IMG/VR virus record: IMGVR_UViG_3300021387_001666 | Coordinates: 44,189-108,188 of that record | Length of the DNA stretch: 64,000 nucleotides | Strand: one strand, 5' to 3' | Source of the DNA: a virus | Taxonomy: Duplodnaviria; Caudoviricetes | In this document: piece by piece, positions 42,633 through 52,904 of the stretch | Numbering within the stretch: position 1 is the first letter of the stretch | Layout of the letters: each line of letters starts with the position of its first letter | Translations under genes and position numbers: made by a program | Notes under the pieces: model-generated | Seen by the model: only the letters and a program-made list of their open reading frames with translations | Databases searched by the model: none | Told to the model about the DNA's origin: nothing

Positions 42633-43199
42633 TTATAAATTCTTTTTATGGGTTTTACGTTTCTTAATTTTCTTTAGCCTGTCAGCAATATCTTCATCAA
42701 TGTGGAGAAAACAGAGGCCATTGGTTACAGAGGCTCGTCCTCTTAAATTACTTTCTATAGAACTTTTTGATATAGCATAAATCCTTGCTGCCTCAGAGAT
42801 ACTACAGCATGACCTCAGAAACTCTCCTGATGAAGTATAGACATTAATCTGACAAGTTTTCTTATACTCTTCTTCAGCACTCTTGATAAGTTCCTGTCTT
42901 TCCTTTTCTTTTTGAATAAGAAGCATTCTGTCTTCTATTTTATCCAAGTCTTGAAGAAATATCCTGCCTTTGACAGATAATTTTTTGCCTCTGATACAGG
43001 AGCGAATGGCATTATATGGAACACCAAAAGCTATAGTAATCTGATTAATGTTATTCCACATTCTGATAAATTCCCCATCAAGAGTATATTCCCTAACAGG
43101 ATTAATCAAAGGAGCCTTTTTCTCATTATTAAGTTTACCTTCTTCCCTAAGTTTGATAAAGTCAGATAGGTCATATACTACAGTATCATCTTGTTCCAT
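42633..43199 (-). CDS. Tandem NUMOD1-like DNA-binding protein without evident nuclease domain
   Basis: Two repeats: VREYTLDGEFIRMW..I..I and INVYTSSGEFLRSC.SISEAA. Confidence 0.7.
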   Translation of the reverse strand: MEQDDTVVYDLSDFIKLREEGKLNNEKKAPLINPVREYTLDGEFIRMWNNINQITIAFGVPYNAIRSCIRGKKLSVKGRIFLQDLDKIEDRMLLIQKEKERQELIKSAEEEYKKTCQINVYTSSGEFLRSCCSISEAARIYAISKSSIESNLRGRASVTNGLCFLHIDEDIADRLKKIKKRKTHKKNL

Positions 43200-43202
43200 A
43201 AA

Positions 43203-43520
43203 CTATCTTTCCAGCATCTTTATCTTATCATTCAAATAGAATATAGCCTTCTTCAAGTCCTCAATAGCCTTCTCCTTATCAGACATTCCTTGCTCAGACT
43301 TGTGTCCTTGCCTAAGAATATATTTAATGGCATTGCCAAGGTCAAAATCCATGTGACGAGTAATATCTATTACCTCTATACCACAAAGGTCTTTAAGCCA
43401 GGTATAATGTTTTGGATGTAGTACTCTCTCTTCTTTTTGTTGTCTATCAAACTCCTCCTGCATAGTACCAGCAGTTTTATAAGAGGTATCTATAGGATGT
43501 GAATTACCTGTTTCAATCAT
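43203..43520 (-). CDS. DUF3310-like protein
   Basis: HPKHY...GIEVIDI...F.LGNAIKYILR.G.K...EDLKKA.FYL. Confidence 0.85.
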   Translation of the reverse strand: MIETGNSHPIDTSYKTAGTMQEEFDRQQKEERVLHPKHYTWLKDLCGIEVIDITRHMDFDLGNAIKYILRQGHKSEQGMSDKEKAIEDLKKAIFYLNDKIKMLER

Positions 43521-43959
43521 TCTCTGTTTCCTCCTCTCGATTAGATTGTTCAACCAAATACTCATAGTCTACCTGCTTGATACCTTCAATCTGCATGTCA
43601 TAGCCCTGATGAGACAATTCATTGGCTCTTCGGTTGGCAGCTGTAAGATTATCTGCCCACAGAAGAACTTTATATTTCATTTTCTTTTCAGTACCATCAT
43701 CCTGAAGGAAGATGGCAATGAGAGTGGCAATGAAGGAGGGGATAGAGTTATTGATGCTCTGGTCATCAATCTCCTTAATCTGAGAGAGTTTAAGGTTCTG
43801 AATCTGAAAGTCCTCTACAGTAGTGTCTCCATTAAGCAGTTCTGTCACAGCATACTCTGCCTGAGAGAAGAACTCTTTGTCCATCACATAGGTTTCTGTT
43901 CTCTTCCTGGTCTTGCCATCAATGACTCTGGCAACCTTTGCTTTTACCTCTACTAACAT
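43513..43959 (-). CDS. DUF4494-like protein
   Basis: K..TETYV.D...F.QAE; second half EKKMKYKVL..A. Confidence 0.6.
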   Translation of the reverse strand: MLVEVKAKVARVIDGKTRKRTETYVMDKEFFSQAEYAVTELLNGDTTVEDFQIQNLKLSQIKEIDDQSINNSIPSFIATLIAIFLQDDGTEKKMKYKVLLWADNLTAANRRANELSHQGYDMQIEGIKQVDYEYLVEQSNREEETEND

Positions 43960-44186
43960 ATTTCTTTGAGTTTAGCATTAATAAAATTCTGACGTAACTT
44001 AGCAAGCTCTTCTATGATTTGCTTAGATGTCCAGTCTTCTTTAATAGGCACAAAAGGAGTACCATTGTACGCTATAAACAGGTTTGAGTCAAAGTCAGAC
44101 AGGGTTATTACCTCCTCTGCCTGACGATGGATTGACTCTTGCTTTTTTGTCTGGGATCTTTCCCTGAGTGTTCTTATAAGTTCCAT
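43953..44186 (-). CDS. Hypothetical protein
   Basis: MELIRTLRE start. Confidence 0.6.
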   Translation of the reverse strand: MELIRTLRERSQTKKQESIHRQAEEVITLSDFDSNLFIAYNGTPFVPIKEDWTSKQIIEELAKLRQNFINAKLKEIC

Positions 44187-44187
44187 A

Positions 44188-44391
44188 TTACCAATTGTCA
44201 ATGTCTGTTATGTCTGTCATTGTTTCTGGCAGGTCTTTTACCATTACCTTGGTAGTAAGACCAATGCCAGATTCTGATGACTGAGTAATTAATACTGTTC
44301 CCTGTGAGAGATTATCATCACAGAATTGTTTGAGAGAATTTACTTCCTCTTTAGAAAGCTGAATGACTACAGGAATATTACTTGTTTTCAT
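44188..44391 (-). CDS. Hypothetical protein
   Basis: MKTSNIPVV start; SGIG..T.V...DITD..W. Confidence 0.6.
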   Translation of the reverse strand: MKTSNIPVVIQLSKEEVNSLKQFCDDNLSQGTVLITQSSESGIGLTTKVMVKDLPETMTDITDIDNW

Positions 44392-44404
44392 AATTATAAA
44401 TGTT

Positions 44405-46792
44405 TTAGTGAATCCAGTAAGTCGGAAGGGGTCCCTTAGAATCAAAGCAAGACTTATCCTTAACATCAATGAAATACCACTTGTCTTCTGTGACATTATG
44501 GAAAGAATGTTCATTAATACAAACCAGGTCATTTTTATGTGCAATGATGGTCCCATCATAAGAGAAATCATTAATGCACACACTAAACCTTGATTCATCT
44601 GCATCTAATACCAAAGAGTGGAGAAAAGGCTTTGCTTCTTCCCTCATAATAGTTTGAATGGTATCTTTCACAAGTTCTCCTATTTCAGCAGGAGCTTCTA
44701 CATTGGTCTCATCATGAACAGGAATGCAGAGTTTAACTATATTGAAATAGCCATTATCTACTATCCAGTCAAAAAGGGTCTTATTGAATCTTTTGAATAT
44801 AATAGCACCACAACCCTGTAAGGGGCTGTTGCAGGCATTCTTCTCCCATTTTGTTTTAGCTTTAAAGTGCTTGGAAACCTTTCTTGCTACCTCATCACCA
44901 GTACCTTTATGATATGTTCTGTACTCTTCCCAAAACTCTGGAGTATAAGAAGCTTGTACTTTCTTCCACCACTTCCAATCCCACCAAAAAGCCTTGTGTC
45001 CTGTTACAGGAGAGATGAGAATATAACCATTATCTACCACAAACCTTTTTTGCCTTTGCTGAAATTTAGCTATTCCAGGAAAACCCTTCATATAGTTATC
45101 ATAGATACTTTTGGCTACCTCTTTATCCATGCCATACTGCTGTACTAATGTACTGTCATTACCTGCATAGGCAAAACAAAACTCTGGACCTTTGGCTTCT
45201 TGTCTGTAGTGTTTATAGAGCTTCTTAATATCCTTAATAGGAGTATCACGAGGAATTTCCTTTGGATAAATCATATAGGCTACAGTTGAATGCATATCTT
45301 CTCCTTTAAGGAACACATCCATCATGGCTTTATCCTGAGAGAAATCAGCCATTAGGACTGATTCTTGGCCACAATAGTCTATTGAAATCCAGACATTGCC
45401 TTTCTCTGCACAAAAACAAGCTCTTGTAATCTCATCAGCAGGAAGATTTTGAAGTTGTGGATAGGCACATTTTAATTTAGTATCCTTAACTTCTTTACTT
45501 ACAGGTAATCCTTTAATTCTTGCAAGAGACTGATTTTGCTTTTGAGAACCACAGGCTAACCTGCCAGTGTCAGTTCCAATAGCCCTAAAAGTAGTATGAA
45601 CCCTATTAGTATAAGGGTTGATGGCATTCAGATAGTTCTGGCCATAAGTACTACATACTTTCTGAGCTTCAGTATAAGCTAAATAAATATCATAAAATTC
45701 AGGATTAACATGTCTTTGTGGTTCCAATACTGATGCATCAATGCTGTCTTTCTCTTCTTTTGTCTTTTTGTCAATGCCCTTACAATTAAAGCCTAAAGCA
45801 GTTAAGAATGGAATAACTTGTTTGTTGGAGTTCCAGTTGATGTTACATTTTGGAGCTATATCCCATCCAAGAAAGAGATCTCCCTGTAGATTTATAGAAA
45901 GAAACCTACTATCCCCAAAATCAACTACATATTGGTTCAATTTCCTTAAAGCTTCAGTCATTTTCTTATAGTCAGATGCCATCTTCTGTTGCCATAATGG
46001 GACATTCATATGAACACCACACCATTCATAATAGGCTACAGCAGGGATAAACTGACATTCAACTTTAGCAGCTTGAATGAGATTTAATTTCCTTAATCTC
46101 TGAACTTGCATTTGCATCAGTCTATAGAGAGGTTGAACATCCTTGCCTGCATAAATAATATGTCTGCTTTCCAACCTGTCAAGGTCTTGAGTAAACTCTT
46201 CTCTGACTTCCTTGGACATCTCTTCTCCGAGGTATCTATAGACTAAAGCTTTTAAGCCTACACCACTGTGCTCATAAATAAACTCTGCTACATCGGGAAT
46301 ATCCCTATATAGTCTTTTTTTCTTTTCATCCTTTTTAAGGTCTTCCCATCCTACTATACCATCTACATACTCACAATAAGACATCATCTGCTCTTCGGAA
46401 CAGCCTACCATAAAATTGGGGTAACCCATATAAAGTACCTGTTCAGCTGTCAGGGTATCATAACAGTTGCGGATAATAATATTAAAGCCAAACATGACTT
46501 TAATATCAAACTTTATATTCTGACCTATAATAAAAGAGTGTTCAATTACATCTTTATAGAGTCTGATATTTACCTCTGAAGCATTGACAACCACCTGAAT
46601 GGTCTCTTCAATATTACCAAACTGAACAAGCAAAGCCCTATCAATATGAGGATCCAATCCTGTAGTTTCCGTATCAAACTGAATCATGTGGTTTGTAAAG
46701 GAGTCAATGAGTTTCAAAGACTCCTCTACAGAACACACCTGATATTGGTCATGCTCAAAAGCTTCTTGTTGAGTAGTGACATAGTATATCAT
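44405..46792 (-). CDS. polA: Family A DNA polymerase with 3'-5' exonuclease
   Basis: FDTETTGL, NIKFD, TGRL, QLQNLP, DYCGQE, RQEAK...F...Y, PVHDE. Confidence 0.95.
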   Translation of the reverse strand: MIYYVTTQQEAFEHDQYQVCSVEESLKLIDSFTNHMIQFDTETTGLDPHIDRALLVQFGNIEETIQVVVNASEVNIRLYKDVIEHSFIIGQNIKFDIKVMFGFNIIIRNCYDTLTAEQVLYMGYPNFMVGCSEEQMMSYCEYVDGIVGWEDLKKDEKKKRLYRDIPDVAEFIYEHSGVGLKALVYRYLGEEMSKEVREEFTQDLDRLESRHIIYAGKDVQPLYRLMQMQVQRLRKLNLIQAAKVECQFIPAVAYYEWCGVHMNVPLWQQKMASDYKKMTEALRKLNQYVVDFGDSRFLSINLQGDLFLGWDIAPKCNINWNSNKQVIPFLTALGFNCKGIDKKTKEEKDSIDASVLEPQRHVNPEFYDIYLAYTEAQKVCSTYGQNYLNAINPYTNRVHTTFRAIGTDTGRLACGSQKQNQSLARIKGLPVSKEVKDTKLKCAYPQLQNLPADEITRACFCAEKGNVWISIDYCGQESVLMADFSQDKAMMDVFLKGEDMHSTVAYMIYPKEIPRDTPIKDIKKLYKHYRQEAKGPEFCFAYAGNDSTLVQQYGMDKEVAKSIYDNYMKGFPGIAKFQQRQKRFVVDNGYILISPVTGHKAFWWDWKWWKKVQASYTPEFWEEYRTYHKGTGDEVARKVSKHFKAKTKWEKNACNSPLQGCGAIIFKRFNKTLFDWIVDNGYFNIVKLCIPVHDETNVEAPAEIGELVKDTIQTIMREEAKPFLHSLVLDADESRFSVCINDFSYDGTIIAHKNDLVCINEHSFHNVTEDKWYFIDVKDKSCFDSKGPLPTYWIH

Positions 46793-47215
46793 TTACTTCT
46801 TGTTATAAGCTATCATGTTATTGAAGTCAAGTACAATATTATTCTGCATGAGAAACTTAGAGCCAAGCATACCATGCAAGTGAATGGCATGTGCTTTCCT
46901 GATATTGTCAAAAGCTTCTTTAAGGGAGTCAGATATAATGAACTTAGCCACAAAGTTATCACCATCTAACTGAAAGGCAATATTACAGGCTTCCACCTTA
47001 AAGACACCTCCTACACCTGCAAGAGTGCCATCATGCTCTACCATTTCATACTTGACTTCCTTCAGAGCCTCTTTACAAATAACATTGTCATCTGAACCAG
47101 TGTCTATAATAAAATTCAGTTCCTGTTCTCCCTGATAGAAAGTTGCTATAGGCAGATTAGGACTTGTAAAACCTTTGCTGAATGAAAATGAGAGAAATGA
47201 TTTATTTTTATCCAT
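46793..47215 (-). CDS. Retropepsin-like aspartic protease
   Basis: FIIDTGS catalytic motif and GMLGSKFL. Confidence 0.8.
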   Translation of the reverse strand: MDKNKSFLSFSFSKGFTSPNLPIATFYQGEQELNFIIDTGSDDNVICKEALKEVKYEMVEHDGTLAGVGGVFKVEACNIAFQLDGDNFVAKFIISDSLKEAFDNIRKAHAIHLHGMLGSKFLMQNNIVLDFNNMIAYNKK

Positions 47216-47242
47216 ACACTTTGTTTTAAAACAATTGAGAGA

Positions 47243-47785
47243 TTAATTATTTCCAGTCCCCTCACCGAAGCCCTTTCTTTCAGGATTATTCAGTGAAGAC
47301 ACCCTTTTGAGCTGTACTCCTGATGATAACAACCATCTTAATTTCTGCCAGCATGTTGCTTTTTGGGAGAGCTCCATCTTAAACTGTGCGATTCTTGTAC
47401 CTTTAGGAATAGTAATAGCTCTGGTGGCTACAACAGGTAGCTTCCACTCATCCTTATCAGATGAATAGCTTCTGTCTATAATACCCTCGGAATTAACCTG
47501 TATAAGACCCCATTTCTTGAATGTGGAACTTCTGGGCAACAGATGACACTCCATACCCTTCGGAGCTTCCATGGCAATACCAAGAGGAATGAGAGTAGAA
47601 TCAAATTCCACATCTCTTGTCCTGACCTCAGCTACATTTTCCTTACCTTTGTTTCTGATATGCATTTTATGGGCTTGAGGAGCCTTCAGAGTAATATCTG
47701 TGGCTGTTACAAGGTCTATCCAATCTCCCTGTTCAAACTTTACAGGAAAACATCCTGCTGTTTTCTCTAATACTTTTATAGTCAT
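47243..47785 (-). CDS. dut: Trimeric dUTPase
   Basis: DWIDL, PRSS, GIIDRSY, RIAQF, RKGFG.G motifs. Confidence 0.9.
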   Translation of the reverse strand: MTIKVLEKTAGCFPVKFEQGDWIDLVTATDITLKAPQAHKMHIRNKGKENVAEVRTRDVEFDSTLIPLGIAMEAPKGMECHLLPRSSTFKKWGLIQVNSEGIIDRSYSSDKDEWKLPVVATRAITIPKGTRIAQFKMELSQKATCWQKLRWLLSSGVQLKRVSSLNNPERKGFGEGTGNN

Positions 47786-47922
47786 TTTCTCTTATACTCT
47801 TTTGTTTTTGCCTTAAGGCTTGTTATAATTGTTCCTATGTTTATGTTCCCTGGATATTCTTTTTGTATTTCCTCCAAGATACAATACCAGTTTGTGTACT
47901 TATTATACTCTGCTTCAGTCAT
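47782..47922 (-). CDS. Small hypothetical protein (46 aa), not in ORF track
   Basis: Overlaps both neighbours by short ATGA-type junctions. Confidence 0.5.
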   Translation of the reverse strand: MTEAEYNKYTNWYCILEEIQKEYPGNINIGTIITSLKAKTKEYKRK

Positions 47923-48400
47923 TTCTCTGCATTAATTTGGTTATGTCTCTCCAACTCTTTCCTATAGTATAGTCAGAAAAGTACTTACTATATTGATACA
48001 ATCTCTGGTTAGTAATAGGAGAATCTAATCCTCCAAGTTCTATATCAAAGTGTCCAAGTTTACAATAATCCAAGTGCTCAAGGATGCCAATCTTATCTTT
48101 AGGAATTCTGTCTAACCCACAATACCATGCAGTCTTGACTCTCTTATGAGCATACATAAACAACTCTGTAAGTGCGTCTATGTCTGCCTCACCTCCGAGT
48201 AATAACAGGCATGTAATACCTTGATGCTGATTGAGTAGACCACATAGAGTTTCTACATCAAGGGGAGTACCTTTGTCTTCCCAGAGCTCTCTTTGGTTGC
48301 ATCCAACACAATGAAGTTGGCATCCAGAGATAGAGAGTCCCAGGCTTATCTCACCTGGGATCTCTCTAAAAATTTCCTTACAATAAATATATTTCAACAT
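47915..48400 (-). CDS. nrdG: Anaerobic RNR activating radical-SAM protein
   Basis: GCQLHCVGC (CxxxCxxC), LGGE, TNQRLY. Confidence 0.92.
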   Translation of the reverse strand: MLKYIYCKEIFREIPGEISLGLSISGCQLHCVGCNQRELWEDKGTPLDVETLCGLLNQHQGITCLLLLGGEADIDALTELFMYAHKRVKTAWYCGLDRIPKDKIGILEHLDYCKLGHFDIELGGLDSPITNQRLYQYSKYFSDYTIGKSWRDITKLMQRND

Positions 48401-50562
48401 ACATTTTCTTTTTTAGCAAAATATCTGTTAGAACCTTCCTTCTGTCTTGCCTCACTCCATGCCTTGATGGGCCTTAAGTAGCCAATTATCCTTGTCCATT
48501 GAGTAACTTTATTAGAGCCACAATGAGGGCAAGTATCAAAGGGATGCTTGGCAATGAAACCACAAGAGTCACACTGAGTCTGAGGAACATTGAATGTGAT
48601 ATAGCTGTTACCTACCTGCACTGCATATTCCAAGAGCTTGGTGTACTGAGTCTTATCAAGATTATCCTGTAGGTTCAGATGACTGGCCTGCCCACCATCA
48701 ATCGACTTAGCAATCTGACCTCCCTGCATAGCAATCTTGTCAAGAATAGAAGTGTCATCATGTGCATCATAGATGTAGGAGTTATATAGATTTTCATCCT
48801 CTGGAACCCAGTAGTTTTCAAACTTGTCCCAATTATAGTTCTTTACACCAAGGCTTTCAGCAGGTACTAACTCCAGGTTGAACATAAATTTCTTCTCAGA
48901 GTGCTGCTTGTTATAGTCCTTAATGATACCAAGAATCCATGAAGCAAAGTTCATATAGTCCTTATTGTTGCTAACAGTAAGACCTAAGAACCTTGCTGCC
49001 TCATTGAGACCATTTACACCAATAGTACAGTAGAGTTTGTCAAAAGAGATATATCCTGCTTTAGTCTGAGGAAACATACCTTGAGCATCCATCTTATAAA
49101 GACCAGTCTTATAAGCTTTCTGATAATCATAGACCCTGTCAAGAATTTTTTGCAAGAAATATTTTATTTTAGGCATCATCCATCCTGCCCCTGAAGACCA
49201 GTTTAACTTTCCATGATATTCACAGTCTTTCATAATATCCTGCACAATCCTATTAATGTTAAGAGTCATTACATTACATGAGCCTGTCTGGACACCAGTA
49301 AGACCTGTAGTAGAGGAGAAAGTGTTCTCTGTAATTTCATTTCTCAAGCGGCAACATGAAGATATACTATCCGCATTCTCTGAGAGATATACAAAGAAGG
49401 AGTCTCCTTCTGCCCATTGGGTAGTTACAAAGTCTTTATACTCCTTGTCAAGGACATCTTTACCATCTGTAAGAAGGCATACTGTCATGACAGGGAAGGT
49501 AAGAAGGGTTTTAGTTCTCTCTTCATTAAGCCACTTCATGTATCTCTTCTGAAGCCAGTTGACTGCATCCCAATGAGGTTTAGTACCGTCAGGAAATACA
49601 AAGTCATTAAACATGGTATGCCAATAGTAGAAGTCAAAGACATTGAAATTAGTGAAAGGAGACTGATAGCCACGATTGCCTGCTGGTTGATTAATGTAAT
49701 GAGTAACTGACTGAAAATACTGATCAATAGTCTGGCCAATAGTTCTCTGTTGAAGATTATGCTCATTAGTGATAATCACATCAGCTTTCTTGTAGTACTC
49801 ATCTCCCCATTCTTTTTCACAGAAGTAACTGAAGAAATTGAAAAACTCTCCATAAGCTCCTGCACCTTTTTTCTGAGCAGACAGGAGAAATACAAGATTC
49901 TGGAATTGTCCACAAAAACTGCTAAGATGATGGGGTGCATGATTCTTAGTACCATCCACACTGCTTGTACCATCTACTAACAGAGGATATAAGGTATAGG
50001 CAGAACAGTAAGGCTTAATAACTGCACCAGTCTCATCATGCTGATAGATGATATGATGCTCCAAGTCCTTCACATACTGATCTCTGTAGGGTGAACCAAT
50101 CTCTGCTAGCAGTTCCTTCATCTGAGACCTCTGTATAATACGATTGGTATCTTTATGAAGCTCACCTTCCAGTGTAGCAGAGTTCTTCTTGTTGGAGTTA
50201 GCATTATCATCCGTATTGGAAAGATTAGTAGCAGATTCATTGGAATCCACATACTTATGAATATACTTTAGTTTCTCAGAAATAATTCTTGCCTGCTTAT
50301 GCTGCTCCCTATAGAGCATATAAGCCTTGCCAACAGGGAAACACCTCTTGCATAGCCACTTTTCCACTTGGTCTTGGATAGCTTCAACAGTGGTTTCCTT
50401 CTCCTGAGTTGACTCAAGCTTTCTACAGAACTGATTAATCTCATGGCTCGTAGTCCTGTCAGGAACATATCCTACAGCCTTGTATGCCTTTAGAATAGCA
50501 GTTTCAATCTTGTCTGCATTAAACTCTTCCTTACTTCCGTCTCTTTTCTGAACTAAAATCAT
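48394..50562 (-). CDS. nrdD: Class III anaerobic ribonucleotide reductase
   Basis: ATP cone, SCCRL, PAESL, CxxC-CxxC, TRIIGYL glycyl-radical motif. Confidence 0.95.
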   Translation of the reverse strand: MILVQKRDGSKEEFNADKIETAILKAYKAVGYVPDRTTSHEINQFCRKLESTQEKETTVEAIQDQVEKWLCKRCFPVGKAYMLYREQHKQARIISEKLKYIHKYVDSNESATNLSNTDDNANSNKKNSATLEGELHKDTNRIIQRSQMKELLAEIGSPYRDQYVKDLEHHIIYQHDETGAVIKPYCSAYTLYPLLVDGTSSVDGTKNHAPHHLSSFCGQFQNLVFLLSAQKKGAGAYGEFFNFFSYFCEKEWGDEYYKKADVIITNEHNLQQRTIGQTIDQYFQSVTHYINQPAGNRGYQSPFTNFNVFDFYYWHTMFNDFVFPDGTKPHWDAVNWLQKRYMKWLNEERTKTLLTFPVMTVCLLTDGKDVLDKEYKDFVTTQWAEGDSFFVYLSENADSISSCCRLRNEITENTFSSTTGLTGVQTGSCNVMTLNINRIVQDIMKDCEYHGKLNWSSGAGWMMPKIKYFLQKILDRVYDYQKAYKTGLYKMDAQGMFPQTKAGYISFDKLYCTIGVNGLNEAARFLGLTVSNNKDYMNFASWILGIIKDYNKQHSEKKFMFNLELVPAESLGVKNYNWDKFENYWVPEDENLYNSYIYDAHDDTSILDKIAMQGGQIAKSIDGGQASHLNLQDNLDKTQYTKLLEYAVQVGNSYITFNVPQTQCDSCGFIAKHPFDTCPHCGSNKVTQWTRIIGYLRPIKAWSEARQKEGSNRYFAKKENVC

Positions 50563-50581
50563 TTCTTCATATTGTTAAGCA

Positions 50582-51625
50582 TTAAAGTTTCTTTGTTAAG
50601 CACTTGATGATATTATCCCCACACAGGTTGATGCCATTGGGAACTTGAGGTCTAAGATTCAAATATCCCTGTAATTCTGCACCTAACTCAAAGGGGTCTG
50701 GCCATTCATTACCATCAGAGTCTATGAAGGGGCCTCTTTCCTGAGTTAGTGGGAACTTCCATACCAGTGGGGTTAAAGTCTTACCATTTACAACAATAAA
50801 CCTATAATCATCAAGCTTAAAATCTTTAAAATAAGGGTCTTTATCCAAGTTAGTACGGAGTAACTTATGGTAAATAATAGCCTGTATCAGGTAATGCCAT
50901 TTAACAAAAGACTTTTCAAACTCCCACTCTGGAGTAGAAGATGTCTTAAGGTCTATGGGGTAGATAACCTTGTTTTCATAATCCACCACCACACAGTCCA
51001 TCATGCAACGATAGCCTACACCTTCAACAGTAGCCTTAAACTTCAGCTGATAATACCTTCTGATAGGAGACAACTCATCATTCTCTGCAAAGTATCCTGA
51101 TGTAGCAGGAGACTCTCTAAGTGCTCTGACCATGGCAAGTGCAGTCTGATAGGTGTTAGTGTCTACAATAGTCTTATCATTATGCTTAAGGGCATTATAG
51201 TATTCTGCTATGTTACCAGTCTTGAGTACTTGCTTATACCTTGTATTGTCCCATTTGTCTCCTTGCCAAAAGCCTACACTCTTAGCCACATTAGACACTA
51301 TGCTTTCAGGGATTTCCTCAAAGGCATCAAAAGGCAGATTCTGGTTGACAAGAGCTTTGCAAATATCCATACCACTATCAGTGATATTAATATCAAGAAT
51401 GGTATAGAGTCGATTAAACTCATCCTCTCCTCCTGTAATTGCTGTATCGACTAAGCTTCCCAGCAGTAATGAAGGAGTCTCTTTCTTATCAAACAGATGG
51501 TCAAGACCACTGAACCCAAGAGTCTCATAAGTTGAAATAGTGGAATATGATAGTGCAGGGTCTGCTCTATAGGTTGGTTCATCTACAAGCCAACTAATAT
51601 CTTTTAATTCTTTCAGTATTTCCAT
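50582..51625 (-). CDS. PD-(D/E)XK exonuclease (RecE/DUF3799-like)
   Basis: LSYS, GSLVD, D...IDLKT, Y.IQA.IY. Confidence 0.75.
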   Translation of the reverse strand: MEILKELKDISWLVDEPTYRADPALSYSTISTYETLGFSGLDHLFDKKETPSLLLGSLVDTAITGGEDEFNRLYTILDINITDSGMDICKALVNQNLPFDAFEEIPESIVSNVAKSVGFWQGDKWDNTRYKQVLKTGNIAEYYNALKHNDKTIVDTNTYQTALAMVRALRESPATSGYFAENDELSPIRRYYQLKFKATVEGVGYRCMMDCVVVDYENKVIYPIDLKTSSTPEWEFEKSFVKWHYLIQAIIYHKLLRTNLDKDPYFKDFKLDDYRFIVVNGKTLTPLVWKFPLTQERGPFIDSDGNEWPDPFELGAELQGYLNLRPQVPNGINLCGDNIIKCLTKKL

Positions 51626-51894
51626 TAGTTATGCCGGTTAGGTGCTTTTGCTATATACAAGTCATAGAGAGGCTTTTCAGCCTGATAGATGGCAGCAAGA
51701 TTGTCCATCTTAATAGGGAACTTCTCGTTGGGATTCTTTGCTTGAAGAGCCTCCAAGTCATTATATTCCTTTTCCAAGCATGGGAGAAAGTCATGGAGGT
51801 ACTTGACAAACTTGATAATTTTCTCCGTATTACTGCCAACCTTTGCATAGCTGACAGGATTGTTATTTCCTGTGTTGTGATTTGCTATACTCAT
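51625..51894 (-). CDS. Hypothetical protein
   Basis: 89 aa with overlapping junctions. Confidence 0.65.
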   Translation of the reverse strand: MSIANHNTGNNNPVSYAKVGSNTEKIIKFVKYLHDFLPCLEKEYNDLEALQAKNPNEKFPIKMDNLAAIYQAEKPLYDLYIAKAPNRHN

Positions 51895-52460
51895 AATGTG
51901 ATTTTTACTAGTTTGAAATTAAATCCAAAAACATACTGATTTTTTCCTATGAGAGAGCGAAGAATTGTAGCATAAGATTTACCTTGACAATGGATTTCAA
52001 CTAAAGCTTCTGCAATAGAAGAGAACCTATAGGATTGAACAGGCTTGTTCTTCTGAGGTTTAGAAGTAACCTCTACACAATAACCCAAATAACTCCAATG
52101 ATTATCCAAGGCTTCAAGAAGTTGCTTTTGGTCCTTTACTATATAATAGATAGCATCAGGCTCATTCTCCTTGAGATATTTATAGAACATCTTCTCTTTA
52201 AGCTTGAAGTCAGGAGTCTTCCATCCTTTAGTCTCAATCATTATAGGGCCTATGATAAAATCAGGTGTATATGAAATCTCCATCACCTTTCTCTTCTGCC
52301 ATGGACAATAGAATCCCTCTTGGAGAGTATAAGTTTTAGTCTCATACTCCCAAGGGATGCCCATTTTATCCAGTGTTTCAGCTGTCTTGGCCTCCAAGGT
52401 GCTTTTATATTTAACTCCATTGTAGACCTTAGGCTCTACACCAACAATGTGTTCACTCAT
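51891..52460 (-). CDS. PD-(D/E)XK endonuclease (T7 endonuclease I/resolvase-like) with NUMOD1-like tail
   Basis: YKSTLE, YTPDF, IETKG. Confidence 0.75.
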   Translation of the reverse strand: MSEHIVGVEPKVYNGVKYKSTLEAKTAETLDKMGIPWEYETKTYTLQEGFYCPWQKRKVMEISYTPDFIIGPIMIETKGWKTPDFKLKEKMFYKYLKENEPDAIYYIVKDQKQLLEALDNHWSYLGYCVEVTSKPQKNKPVQSYRFSSIAEALVEIHCQGKSYATILRSLIGKNQYVFGFNFKLVKITL

Positions 52461-52882
52461 TACTTTTTCTTAGGCTGAGCATTTTGCTTCTTCTCTTCCT
52501 TGCCAGGGCAGCCTATGAAAAACTCCTTGAAGGTGTCAAGCATCTCATGAGTAAGGGCTACATAATCCTTATGCATATCCTCAAGCTTGGATACCCTTTC
52601 CTCAAGCGTGCAGAAAGCCTCATAAAGCTGTTTAAGCTCCTCACAGGGCTCACTATCTTGGAAGTCAAGGAGGTCATCCTCAGGAGTATTCACATCCTCT
52701 TCCTCCTCCTCACGCTCCTCAATGGCACCAATCTCCAGCAACAACGGGAGGGACAGTTCAGAAAATGTAATTGCTCCCTCAATAGTATGAGAGCCATGCT
52801 TTGTCTTCTTAGTCAAATCCAGTCCAATAGTGTCTCCAAACACCAACTCTTCATCAGTCTCTGTAATAAAATACTTCTTCAT
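52460..52882 (-). CDS. Hypothetical acidic protein
   Basis: 140 aa. Confidence 0.7.
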   Translation of the reverse strand: MKKYFITETDEELVFGDTIGLDLTKKTKHGSHTIEGAITFSELSLPLLLEIGAIEEREEEEEDVNTPEDDLLDFQDSEPCEELKQLYEAFCTLEERVSKLEDMHKDYVALTHEMLDTFKEFFIGCPGKEEKKQNAQPKKK

Positions 52883-52904
52883 TCTACCTTGTTAAATTAA
52901 TTTG

